In this document: one piece after another, positions 29,858-38,024 of the stretch | Layout of the letters: each line of letters begins with the position of its first letter | Position numbering within the stretch: position 1 is the stretch's first letter | Origin: Sphingomonadaceae bacterium | GTDB lineage: Bacteria > Chloroflexota > UBA6077 | Assembly: GCA_050261575.1 (NCBI GenBank) | Contig: JBLNDL010000014.1 | Coordinates: 74,054 to 112,077, forward strand | Length of the DNA stretch: 38,024 nucleotides | Direction of reading: 5' to 3' | Notes under the pieces: model-generated | The model's input: the letters and a program-made list of their open reading frames with translations, nothing else | What the model was told of the DNA's origin: nothing | Database searches by the model: none | Position numbers and translations under genes: made by a program

Positions 29858-31171
29858 ATGGCGGCAATGCCGGTGTCAAGACCAGTTCGGCTGAGCACTA
29901 GTCCCATCAAGTCCATCGCGAAGGCGGGACTCTGGGAGGCGGCGCACGTCCTGTTCGGGGTCTACGGGCTGGCGCGACGGCTCCGCATCCGGCGTTCGCG
30001 ACCGAGGCTGGAGGACGTGCGATCGATCCTGGTGATCCGGCTGGACCTGATGGGAGACCTGATCTTCACCCTGCCCGCCATCGATGCGCTCAGGGAGGCG
30101 GCGCCGCGAGCGACCATCACGGCCCTGGTGCTGCCCTACACGGGCGAGCTTCTGCGTGGGCATCCATCCGTGGACCGGGTGATCGCGGTCGACGTAAACC
30201 GATGGAGAGGGCCGGGCGTGTGGGCGACGGGGACGGCGGCGCGGCAGTTGGCGGCCGCGATTAGGGAGCTGCGTCGGGAGAGGTACGATCTGGCGGTTAG
30301 CTTCTACGGACGCGTCGGCGCGGCGGCGGCGCTACTGAGCGGGGCCGGTCTCCTGGTGGGCTACCGGGAGGAGGGATACCCATTCACCTTCGACGTTGGA
30401 CTGCCCGGCCGGCGCTACCGGAAGAGGCGGCACGAGAGCGAGTACTGCCTCGACCTGGTCCGAGCCTTCGGTGCCCCGGTACGCGAGCACGACGATACCG
30501 GCGCGTCGGAGCCTGCTGGGCCGGGGACGCCTCCATCTCCTTCAGGTCGAGGTGGTGCAACGCGAGCAGGCGCCGAGCCCGTCCGGCTTCTCGTGGACCC
30601 CACCGCCGCGCGACGGGTAGAGTCCAAGCTCCACGAGGCTGGCGTGACGCCTGGGGATAGGCTCGTTGCCCTGCACCCAGGAGCCCTGAACATGGAGGCG
30701 AAGCGGTGGCTGCCGGAGCGGTGGGCGGAGGTGGCAGATCGGGTGCAGCGGGAGACTCGGAGACGAATCCTGCTGGTGGGCTCCTCGGCCGAGCGGTCGC
30801 TCGCGGAGGAGGTGCGCGGCCACATGGCTACCGATCCGGTGATGCTGGCGGGGAAGACCACCCTGCCGGAGCTCGTGGCGCTGCTGGCTCGATGCGAGCT
30901 GTTCCTCGGGGGCGATAGCGGTCCTCTCCACGTGGCGTCCGCCCTCGGGTTGCCGTCCGTGTCGGTGTACGGCCCGACGGATCCCGCGATCACGGGGCCA
31001 ATGGGCCCGAATGCCCGTGTGCTTAGGGCGCACGTCGGCTGCAATCCCTGCTACGACCCTATGGACCCCTCGGCCTGCCCGCGACCGAGCCCTCTCTGCA
31101 TGGCCGGCGTGCCGGTGGACGAAGTCTGGGGGGCGGTTAGGGAAGCGATAGCGACGAGTGACGAGCGATGA
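29858..31171 (+). CDS. Glycosyltransferase family 9 (heptosyltransferase-like)
   Basis: IRLDLMGDL, LHPGA...KRW, LAGKTTL, GDSGPLHVA, YGPT, CNPC...C...CM; start uncertain. Confidence 0.9.
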   Translation: MAAMPVSRPVRLSTSPIKSIAKAGLWEAAHVLFGVYGLARRLRIRRSRPRLEDVRSILVIRLDLMGDLIFTLPAIDALREAAPRATITALVLPYTGELLRGHPSVDRVIAVDVNRWRGPGVWATGTAARQLAAAIRELRRERYDLAVSFYGRVGAAAALLSGAGLLVGYREEGYPFTFDVGLPGRRYRKRRHESEYCLDLVRAFGAPVREHDDTGASEPAGPGTPPSPSGRGGATRAGAEPVRLLVDPTAARRVESKLHEAGVTPGDRLVALHPGALNMEAKRWLPERWAEVADRVQRETRRRILLVGSSAERSLAEEVRGHMATDPVMLAGKTTLPELVALLARCELFLGGDSGPLHVASALGLPSVSVYGPTDPAITGPMGPNARVLRAHVGCNPCYDPMDPSACPRPSPLCMAGVPVDEVWGAVREAIATSDER

Positions 31172-31300
31172 GTGAGGTGAGAGGCGAGTGGCAACCACCA
31201 GCAGGGGGCAGTGAAGCGGAGCGAAGGCGGGGAGTCGGGCTGGCGGCACAACGCGCTCCGTGGATGCGTGACTCATGACTCATGACTCATCGCTCATCAC
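31158..31300. repeat. Heptamer-based inverted-repeat element between two GT9 genes
   Basis: GTGACGAGCGATGAGTGA (31158-31175) vs reverse complement of 31283-31300 (2 mismatches); TGACTCA x3 tandem from 31269. Confidence 0.65.
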
Positions 31301-32450
31301 CAGGATTCTTGTCGTCAAGCTGGCGGGCATCGGCGATCTTCTGACCGCCTATCCTGCCTTGCAGGCGCTGCGGCGGCGTTTCCCCCATGCCGAGATCAGC
31401 GCACTGGTGACTCCCCAGACTGAGCTGCTGATGCGCCGTTCGGGGCTGGTAGACCGGGTGATCGTGCTGGACAAGTACCTGTACGACTACGCGGGCGGTT
31501 TCTTGCGGCCGAGCGCGCTGGTTGCGCTCGCCGGTCTGGCCCGGCGGCTGCGCCGGCACTCCTTCGACGCGGTGATCCTGCTGCACCACCTGCTCACGTG
31601 GCCGGGGGTAGCGAAGTACGCTCTGCTGATGGCCGCCACGGGGGCGCCGCTCAGGGTCGGTCTGGACGATGGGCGGGGTCGTTTCCTCAACCTGTCCTGC
31701 CGAGACCAGGGTTTCGGCGTGCTGCACGAGGTGGACTACTGGCTGAAGGTGGTAGGGTTGTTGGAGGCCGCCGTCGAGCGGCCGAGGGTCGAGCTGTCGT
31801 GGGGGGCGCCCGAGGAGGAATACGCTGCCGATGTCTGGCGGCGGCTGGGGTTGGATCGCGGAAACCAGGTGGTGGCAATCCATCCTGGCTCGGGAAGCTA
31901 CAGCCCGGCCCGCCGCTGGGACCCCCGGGGCTTCATCGCTGTGGGCGCATCGCTGATCGAGGATGGGCTGCTTCCGCTAGTGGTGGCTGGTCCCGACGAG
32001 GAGGAGCTAGCGGAGGGGGTGGCGCGCAAGATCGGCACGAGTGCTGCGCTGCTGCGGGGCACGGCCTCGCCGCTTCACCTGGCCGCGATCCTGTCGCGCT
32101 GCCGGCTATTCGTGGGGAACGACAGCGGCGTGATGCACGTGGCATTGGCGGCAGGGGTTCCGGTGGTCGCCGTCTTCGGCCTCTCCAACCATCGGGCGTG
32201 GGGCCCCTACGATCCGAGTGGCGAGCGGAGCCGGGTGGTGAGAGTGGACCTCCCGTGCAGCCCTTGCATGTATCGGGGGCACGGCCTGGGGTTGCGATAC
32301 GGGTGCGGCGACCCAAGATGCCTGGCACTGATCACCCCCGCAATGGTGATAGAGGCCGCGCGGGACCTGCTGGGTGCGCCCAACAGGCCTCACCACCGAG
32401 ACGCTGAGGGCACCGAGACTGCATCGAGAGAAGCAGAGAACCCTCGCTGA
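31275..32450 (+). CDS. Glycosyltransferase family 9 (heptosyltransferase-like)
   Basis: KLAGIGDLL, HEVDY, IHPGSG...RRW, GNDSGVMHVA, FGLS, CSPC...C...C. Confidence 0.9.
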   Translation: MTHDSSLITRILVVKLAGIGDLLTAYPALQALRRRFPHAEISALVTPQTELLMRRSGLVDRVIVLDKYLYDYAGGFLRPSALVALAGLARRLRRHSFDAVILLHHLLTWPGVAKYALLMAATGAPLRVGLDDGRGRFLNLSCRDQGFGVLHEVDYWLKVVGLLEAAVERPRVELSWGAPEEEYAADVWRRLGLDRGNQVVAIHPGSGSYSPARRWDPRGFIAVGASLIEDGLLPLVVAGPDEEELAEGVARKIGTSAALLRGTASPLHLAAILSRCRLFVGNDSGVMHVALAAGVPVVAVFGLSNHRAWGPYDPSGERSRVVRVDLPCSPCMYRGHGLGLRYGCGDPRCLALITPAMVIEAARDLLGAPNRPHHRDAEGTETASREAENPR

Positions 32451-32646
32451 CCCGTGTCTCGGTGGTAGTGCGAGGGTGTCTGGGGGCACCGCGGGCTGAG
32501 CGGTGGGTAGCGTACGGCAAAACGCATGGCGGCGCGGTGGCTGCACCCCGGCCCGGTTAGTGCTAGAGTGGTAGACTACGGGATCAGCCTCGCCGGATAG
32601 CCTCTTCGCTCTTGGAGAGGGTTGCCGGCCTGATTGGGGAACGGAA

Positions 32647-33210
32647 TTGACTTCGGATACGGCCAAGATAGCTCCATTCCGGTGCGCCAACCATCCGGAC
32701 ACGGAGACCCATCTGCGCTGCAGCCGTTGCGGCAAGCCTATCTGTGTCCGATGTGTGATTCAGACTCCGGTCGGAGGTCGGTGCAGAGTGTGCGCCGACT
32801 TGAGGAAGCCGCCCATGTTCCAGGTGGGGTTCCGCCGGTTCGCCAAGGCTACGCTCGCGGGAGCAGTCGCGGCCGGGATAGGAGGATTCATCTGGGCGCA
32901 GGCCGGCTCGTTCTTTGGGCTGACCTCGATCCTCCTGCTGCTGATGGGATACGCCGTCGGCGAGGCGGTGAGTTGGGGGGCGGATCGGCGCATCTCCAGG
33001 GGACTGGTGGTGCTGGCTGCTGGCCTGACGGTGCTGGGGGCGTTGGGAGGGCGTGTAGCCCAGGTCTGGACTCGCCTGCCGGCCGCGGTGCCGGTGGATG
33101 CCAGGCTTGGGGTGGCGCTGGACGCCGCCGTGGGAGATATCTTGGGAAACCTCTTCGGATTGCTCTTTCTGGTGCTGGCGGTGGTGATCGCCACGAGTCG
33201 GGTCCGATAG
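32647..33210 (+). CDS. Zn-finger (B-box-like) membrane protein
   Basis: CANHP...CSRCGKPICVRC...PVGGRCRVC followed by about four hydrophobic helices. Confidence 0.8.
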   Translation: MTSDTAKIAPFRCANHPDTETHLRCSRCGKPICVRCVIQTPVGGRCRVCADLRKPPMFQVGFRRFAKATLAGAVAAGIGGFIWAQAGSFFGLTSILLLLMGYAVGEAVSWGADRRISRGLVVLAAGLTVLGALGGRVAQVWTRLPAAVPVDARLGVALDAAVGDILGNLFGLLFLVLAVVIATSRVR

Positions 33211-33231
33211 CCGCACCGCGTTGGAGGGGAG

Positions 33232-34266
33232 TTGAACAGGAATCGGCTGCTGGAGGTCCTGCCCGGGTTCGGGGGAAAGCGCGTCCTCGTGGTCGGGGAC
33301 CTGTTCCTAGACGAGTACCTGGTGGGTCGGCCCACAAGGATCTCCAGGGAGGCCCCGGTGCTGATCCTGGAGTTCGAGAAGAGGTACGCGCTGCCGGGAG
33401 GGGGGACCAACCCCGCTAGAAACGTGCGCTCCCTCGGGGCCGAGGCGCTGATGGTTGGGATCGTCGGGAACGACGAGGCCGGCTTCGAGCTGCGGGGGCT
33501 GCTGCAATCGGTTGGGGTTGGCACCGAGGGCGTGGTGGTGGACGATAGCAGGCCAACCATCACCAAGACTCGGATTCTTGCCCACGGCAACCACATCATC
33601 AGGCAGCAGATCGTGCGGGTGGATCGGCTCTCCCGGAATCCCGTGGACGGGGCCGCGATCCAGAGGCTGATCGAATACCTGGAGAAGACCGTCCCCCACG
33701 TCGACGCCGTGCTGCTGTCCGATTACAAGAGCGGGGTGGTGACGCCCGCGGTGATCGAAGCCTCCCGCCGTCTGGCTACCCAGCACGGCAAGCTGCTAAC
33801 CGTCGACTCTCAGGGGGATCTGCATCGGTTCAGAGGCTTCGGCCTGGTGAAGGCCAACCAGGGAGAGGTGGAAGCGACCCTGGGCGAGACCCTAGACAGC
33901 GAGGAGGCATTCGCTGGTGCGTGCCGCCGCCTGCTGGAGGAACTAGGTGCAGGCGTGGTGCTGATCACCAGAGGGGCGGACGGCATGTCGGTGATGCACA
34001 CCGGCGGCAGGCACACCCACATAGAGGTGGCGAATCGCAGCGAGGTGTTCGACGTGACTGGCGCGGGGGATACCGCCGTGGCGGTGGCCACACTGGCGCT
34101 GGCGGCGGGGGCCCGTCCCGTGATCGCTGCTCACCTGGCCAACTACGCAGCGGGGCTGGTGGTTCGGAAGATCGGCAACGCCACTACGACTGTCGAAGAG
34201 ATGCGGGAGGCCATCACCAGTTCCCAGTTTCCCCGAGTGGACCCAGAACCGGAGTTTCTGCAGTAG
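33232..34266 (+). CDS. Heptose-7-phosphate kinase, RfaE/HldE domain I (PfkB family), stand-alone
   Basis: VVGDLFLDEY...RISREAPV, TITKTRI, QQIVRVD, LSDYKSG, VFDVTGAGDT, ANYAAGLVV.K.G; no fused adenylyltransferase domain. Confidence 0.88.
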   Translation: MNRNRLLEVLPGFGGKRVLVVGDLFLDEYLVGRPTRISREAPVLILEFEKRYALPGGGTNPARNVRSLGAEALMVGIVGNDEAGFELRGLLQSVGVGTEGVVVDDSRPTITKTRILAHGNHIIRQQIVRVDRLSRNPVDGAAIQRLIEYLEKTVPHVDAVLLSDYKSGVVTPAVIEASRRLATQHGKLLTVDSQGDLHRFRGFGLVKANQGEVEATLGETLDSEEAFAGACRRLLEELGAGVVLITRGADGMSVMHTGGRHTHIEVANRSEVFDVTGAGDTAVAVATLALAAGARPVIAAHLANYAAGLVVRKIGNATTTVEEMREAITSSQFPRVDPEPEFLQ

Positions 34267-34343
34267 CAACTGGCCGATGCCCGTGCGTGTGAGTCTGAGG
34301 GTGCGGCCGCATCAATGGAGGCCGGAATGCCGGACGCGCGCCC

Positions 34344-34730
34344 TCATCTCTCGGTCTTGGACCGGCGCGCACGCCCGCTGCGGCTTCCACTGACCTCGTC
34401 GTCGCCGGATTCGTGGCCGTTTCGGCCGTTGCGCTTCTCCCGAGCTTCGCCGCAAGGCTCTGCCTGTCCGGTGGATCCATTCTGTCGGTTCGATGGGTGG
34501 TTGGCCCTCCAGCACCCGTTGGCGGCGTGGAGGCAACGACTCTGCTCCTCACTGGTTAGCGGGGGGGTATCCCAAAGGCAGATGATCTGATACAGCACGT
34601 GGTCGCCGGAATTGCCGGCATCTCCATCCGCCGCCCAGTTCTCTCGGTAGAAGGGGCAGGCTCCCCGGTGGCGGCGGTAATGGCCTCTATCGGCTATCGG
34701 TGCGGCCTGTTTTTCTTTCTGCTCAGAAAT
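34344..34730 (-). CDS. Hypothetical small protein with a Cys-containing core (possible ATT start)
   Basis: Protein-like core RRHRGACPFYRENW...LYQIICLWDTPPLTSEEQSRCLHAANGCWR; AGGAG 7 nt before ATT at 34730; TGGTAAAAT upstream. Confidence 0.6.
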   Translation of the reverse strand: MSEQKEKQAAPIADRGHYRRHRGACPFYRENWAADGDAGNSGDHVLYQIICLWDTPPLTSEEQSRCLHAANGCWRANHPSNRQNGSTGQAEPCGEAREKRNGRNGHESGDDEVSGSRSGRARRSKTER

Positions 34731-34792
34731 GGTTAGTCTCCTATGGCCAGATTGACAGATTTTACCACCTTGATGCCGTTCTGGGGAACGGG

Positions 34793-35083
34793 CTACCAAG
34801 CGGCGCCGTGAAGGACGTCGAAGCTATCGAACTCTCCGACGTAGGGCTCCCATTTCACCTCGACCTCTTCGACCTGAGCCCTGGGTGGGCCGTGATGGCA
34901 CCAGTCGATGACCCTCTGCACGTCGGATGCCTCGCCTTCGAAGACCGCCTCCACCTGACCGCCCGGGATGTTGGCGACCCACCCCGTGACGCCGCGGGCC
35001 TCAGCTTCGCGGCGGGTGGCTGCCCGGAAGTTGACTCCCTGAACGAAGCCAGAGACGACGATGTGTGCCCGAACTCTTGCCAT
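34793..35083 (-). CDS. acyP: Acylphosphatase
   Basis: VSGFVQGVNFR, GWVAN, VEAVFEG, WCHHGPPRAQV. Confidence 0.93.
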   Translation of the reverse strand: MARVRAHIVVSGFVQGVNFRAATRREAEARGVTGWVANIPGGQVEAVFEGEASDVQRVIDWCHHGPPRAQVEEVEVKWEPYVGEFDSFDVLHGAAW

Positions 35084-35157
35084 GGGTCCCGTGCCCTCCT
35101 CCCACGAAGGTTTCATGGTAGGATGTGCGGCACTGGCCGTCAACCTCGTAATCGTGT

Positions 35158-36024
35158 TTGCTGGACGGTCGTGTCTTGAGAAAGGCGTTGAGAGTGCTGC
35201 GGCGGGTGATCTCGGCTTCCTGGAAGCCCTTGATGGCAGCGAGCGCGCTCGCTGCCATAGACGCGTACTGGGAGCCGAGCCAACTGAGGATGAGGCGGGT
35301 CGCCGTGCCGCTCGAACCCCGCTGGGGGCAGTTCAGCGGCTTGCGGCTGGCGCACCTGTCCGATCTTCACGTGGGCGGGCGCGGCTGGCGGCCGGGCACC
35401 ATCGCGAGGGCGATCGAGACCTGCAATCGGGCGGACGTGCATCTGGTGGCGATCACCGGCGATCTGATCAGCGGCGTGGCGGGCGTGGCCACGGTGCTGG
35501 AGATGCTGGCTGCGCTGAGGACGGACGTGCCGCGTTTCGCGGTGCTAGGCAACCACGACCACGTCTACGGTGGCAGGGCGTTGCACGTCCTGCTGCGCGG
35601 ACTTCGTTCGCTTGGTATCGTGGTCCTCCGCAACCGGGCTCTCCCCGCAGACCTACCTGCCGGCCGTGTCTGGCTCGCGGGCGTGGACGACGGCTACAGC
35701 ATGCGTGACGACCTCGCGCGGCTACGGCGGGATCTGGAGGACGACGGCGCCCCCCGCCTGTTGCTGACCCACTACCCCGACGTGGCCGATTGGCTGCGCC
35801 CGGGGGAGGTCCAACTGTCGCTGGCTGGCCACTCCCACGGCGGACAGATAAGGCTGCCGGTGGTGACATCGCTGGTTCACAACGGCCACGCCCGGACCAA
35901 GTACGCTTCTGGACTCTACTGGGTGAACGATAACCCTCTCTACGTCAACGCCGGGCTCGGCACCTCCGGGGCGCCGCTCCGGTTCCGCAACTGGCCCGAG
36001 GTGGCGATCGTCGAGTTCGCGTGA
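35158..36024 (+). CDS. Metallophosphoesterase (YkuE/YaeI-like)
   Basis: HLSDLH, TGD, LGNHD, LTHYPD, AGHSHGGQ, VNAGLG. Confidence 0.92.
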   Translation: MLDGRVLRKALRVLRRVISASWKPLMAASALAAIDAYWEPSQLRMRRVAVPLEPRWGQFSGLRLAHLSDLHVGGRGWRPGTIARAIETCNRADVHLVAITGDLISGVAGVATVLEMLAALRTDVPRFAVLGNHDHVYGGRALHVLLRGLRSLGIVVLRNRALPADLPAGRVWLAGVDDGYSMRDDLARLRRDLEDDGAPRLLLTHYPDVADWLRPGEVQLSLAGHSHGGQIRLPVVTSLVHNGHARTKYASGLYWVNDNPLYVNAGLGTSGAPLRFRNWPEVAIVEFA

Positions 36025-36110
36025 CGGTCCTGGACAAGGTTCGGAGCACGTACTATCCTGGCGCCAAGACCTTCCAAGAGTCGACTGGCATCGAGAGGAG
36101 GAATTGGACT

Positions 36111-37181
36111 GTGGCAACGGAGAACGGTGGCGTGGTCGTCATGCCCGACATCTTGAAGCAATTCGTCACGGAGGTATTCGTCAAGCAGGGCATGCTTCGT
36201 GACGAGGCGGCCATCATGGCCGACCACCTCGTGGAGGCCGACCTGCGAGGCGTCTACTCCCACGGCATGATAAGAATACAGCCCTACATCGAGCGGTTGA
36301 AGCAGGGCGGTATGAACCCACGGCCAAAGATCCGAGTCATCCGCGAGACGCCTGGCACGGCGTTGGTGGACGGGGACAACGGTGCCGGCCAGGTGTGCGG
36401 CGTGCGAGCGATGGAGATCGCCATCAAGAAGGCGAAGGAAGTCGGTGTCAGCCACGTGGGCCTCCGCATGACCAACCACTTCGGCACCTGTGCCTACTAC
36501 GCTCAGATGGCGGCCGAGCAGGACCTGATCGGCGTGGCGATGACGGTGAGTGGCGGCAACATCATGGCGCCGTGGGGCGGCATCACGCCCCTACTGGGCA
36601 ACAACCCTATCGGGGTCGCCATTCCGGCCGGCAAGGAGCGACCGGTGGTGCTGGACATGGCGATGAGCGTGGTGGCCAAGGGGAAGATCGTCCATGCCAT
36701 GAAGGCCGGCACGCCCATCCCGCCCACGTGGGGACTGAACAAGTACGGAGAGCCCACGACGGACGCGAAGGAGGCATTCGAGGGGCTGGTGCAGCCCGTC
36801 GGCGGGTACAAGGGCTACGCCATGTCCTTCGTGATCGGTGTTCTGGCTGGCGTGCTCAACCGCGCGGCCTTCACCCACGAGGTCACCAGTTTCTACCACA
36901 ACTATAAGGACCCCCAGAACATCGGCGCTTCGTTCCAGGCGATCGACATCAAGGCTTTCATGGATCCGTCCGAGTTCAAGGCGAGGGTGGACGAGGCGAT
37001 CCAGGAGATGCACAACTCGGAGCTGGCGCGGGGGAACGACCGGATCTACGTGCCGGGCGAGATCGAGTGGCTCAAGCGGGAGGAGCGACTGACGAAGGGC
37101 GTTCCCGTGGCGGATGCGGTGTGGAAGGACATAATGACCATCAGCGAGGAGTCGGGCATTCCCCTGCCTCCCACCGTGTGA
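36111..37181 (+). CDS. Ldh2/AllD/ComC-family oxidoreductase
   Basis: ADLRGVYSHG, VDGDNGAGQ, NHFG, LGNNP, LDMA, GGYKGY, PGEIE; probable GTG start 36111 with GAGGAGG RBS. Confidence 0.9.
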   Translation: MATENGGVVVMPDILKQFVTEVFVKQGMLRDEAAIMADHLVEADLRGVYSHGMIRIQPYIERLKQGGMNPRPKIRVIRETPGTALVDGDNGAGQVCGVRAMEIAIKKAKEVGVSHVGLRMTNHFGTCAYYAQMAAEQDLIGVAMTVSGGNIMAPWGGITPLLGNNPIGVAIPAGKERPVVLDMAMSVVAKGKIVHAMKAGTPIPPTWGLNKYGEPTTDAKEAFEGLVQPVGGYKGYAMSFVIGVLAGVLNRAAFTHEVTSFYHNYKDPQNIGASFQAIDIKAFMDPSEFKARVDEAIQEMHNSELARGNDRIYVPGEIEWLKREERLTKGVPVADAVWKDIMTISEESGIPLPPTV

Positions 37182-37197
37182 CCGCCTGATCTACGGC

Positions 37198-37225
37198 GTG
37201 GGGGCAGCTCGCGAGCCGCCCCCAC
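37198..37225. terminator. REP-like hairpin, possible bidirectional terminator
   Basis: GTGGGGGCAGCTCGCGAGCCGCCCCCAC between convergent stops; no U-tract. Confidence 0.55.
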
Positions 37226-37228
37226 CCC

Positions 37229-37867
37229 CTACTTCGTCAGGTATTCCTCGAAGGCTTCCCAGATTATCCGAACGACTGTTGCACCCGGGTCCGGTTGGCC
37301 GGCGGTCCGCTCCGTGATCCAGGCGGCGCGGCCCGATTTCGCCTTCATCGGTATCGTGGCTTCCACTCCGGCGCGTGCAGCCGCCGTCGCCGCCCGCACC
37401 GCAACCGCTAGGGGTACGCCGTCACGGGCGGCGCTCTCCAGGGAGTCGGCGCTCGGACCGAGGGCATCGAGCAAGGTCTTGTCCCCCCTCTCGGCCTGCC
37501 CCTTCTCTTTGATCCCTGTCTCGGCGGCGCGCGCCATCCTCGCTAGCAGCGCCACGTCCAACTCCTGCGCGCCCCTGCCTTCTTTTCCTGCCCGCATTGC
37601 ACCGATGGCGAGGAGCGCGCCCATCGTGGAGGGCGCCGCCCCGTTGAAGGCCATCCCGCACTTCGCCACGATGGTCCCGAGATCCTGCTCCGACAGGCCG
37701 GGCAGGACGTTGCGCACTGCTCGGCAACCCAGAGTCATCGTGACTCCCAGGTCCCCGTCTCCCACGGCCGCATCCAAGCGATTGAGCTCCTCGGCCGAGC
37801 TCTCCAGTCGGTCGAGGACGTGGCCGATCATCTCCAGGAACTGCCGGCGGTTCAGCGATTCACCCAA
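37229..37867 (-). CDS. dhaL: Dihydroxyacetone kinase subunit L (DAK2 domain)
   Basis: LNRLDAAVGDGDLG, GDKTLLDAL, AKSGRA, DPGA. Confidence 0.9.
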   Translation of the reverse strand: MGESLNRRQFLEMIGHVLDRLESSAEELNRLDAAVGDGDLGVTMTLGCRAVRNVLPGLSEQDLGTIVAKCGMAFNGAAPSTMGALLAIGAMRAGKEGRGAQELDVALLARMARAAETGIKEKGQAERGDKTLLDALGPSADSLESAARDGVPLAVAVRAATAAARAGVEATIPMKAKSGRAAWITERTAGQPDPGATVVRIIWEAFEEYLTK

Positions 37868-37891
37868 CTATTGCCTCCCGATGGTGTGACC

Positions 37892-38024
37892 TCAGATCTG
37901 CACGAAGAACGGGGTCTGCGCCGGAGCGTCCAGCAACCTCTTCAATTCGTCGTTCAGCCTCATCAGTGTCAGCGATGCCCCGGCCATCTCCATGGAGGTG
38001 GCGTACTCGCCGACGTAGGGCCGA
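37892..38024 (-). CDS. dhaK: Dihydroxyacetone kinase subunit K, C-terminal fragment (window edge)
   Basis: Manual translation RPYVGEYATSMEMAGASLTLMRLNDELKRLLDAPAQTPFFVQI*, matching the DAK1 C-terminal motif. Confidence 0.85.
   Translation of the reverse strand, partial: RPYVGEYATSMEMAGASLTLMRLNDELKRLLDAPAQTPFFVQI

Noticed and set aside
1..38024. Selenoprotein genes with in-frame UGA near selAB
   Set aside because: All recognised genes appear complete at their stops and no UGA interrupting a redox motif was seen by eye; a SECIS scan would be needed to exclude small ones.

Overview
High-GC bacterial chromosomal segment. It is probably Chloroflexota-like, inferred only from the Pro/Ala/Thr-linker lipoprotein and gene style. 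In order it holds: (1) a leftward operon with a DUF6282-type amidohydrolase and a TctC/Bug solute-binding lipoprotein behind a LacI-type palindromic operator; (2) a divergent shikimate-pathway operon (aroF-aroA-aroC-aroK-aroB-aroQ, no aroE) preceded by an unannotated Tyr/Phe-rich leader peptide ([18 protein letters not shown]) and terminator, i.e. a probable ribosome-dependent attenuator; (3) an orphan GAF histidine kinase, a PA14-domain protein and a TPR protein; (4) a putative catabolic operon (second DUF6282, beta-hydroxyacid dehydrogenase, IlvD/Edd dehydratase, MFS); (5) an MFS, comB-like phosphatase, nth-like glycosylase and histidine phosphatase; (6) DUF3786-selA-selB; (7) an envelope cluster (GT2, fabZ, three GT9 heptosyltransferase-like genes, Zn-finger membrane protein, HldE-type kinase); (8) a small Cys-containing ORF that may start at ATT, acylphosphatase, metallophosphoesterase, Ldh2-family oxidoreductase, dhaL and the end of dhaK. 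Many REP-like palindromes occur, several inside or at the ends of coding sequences. No rRNA, tRNA, CRISPR array or transposase was recognised. All family calls come from motif recognition by eye, not database searches.
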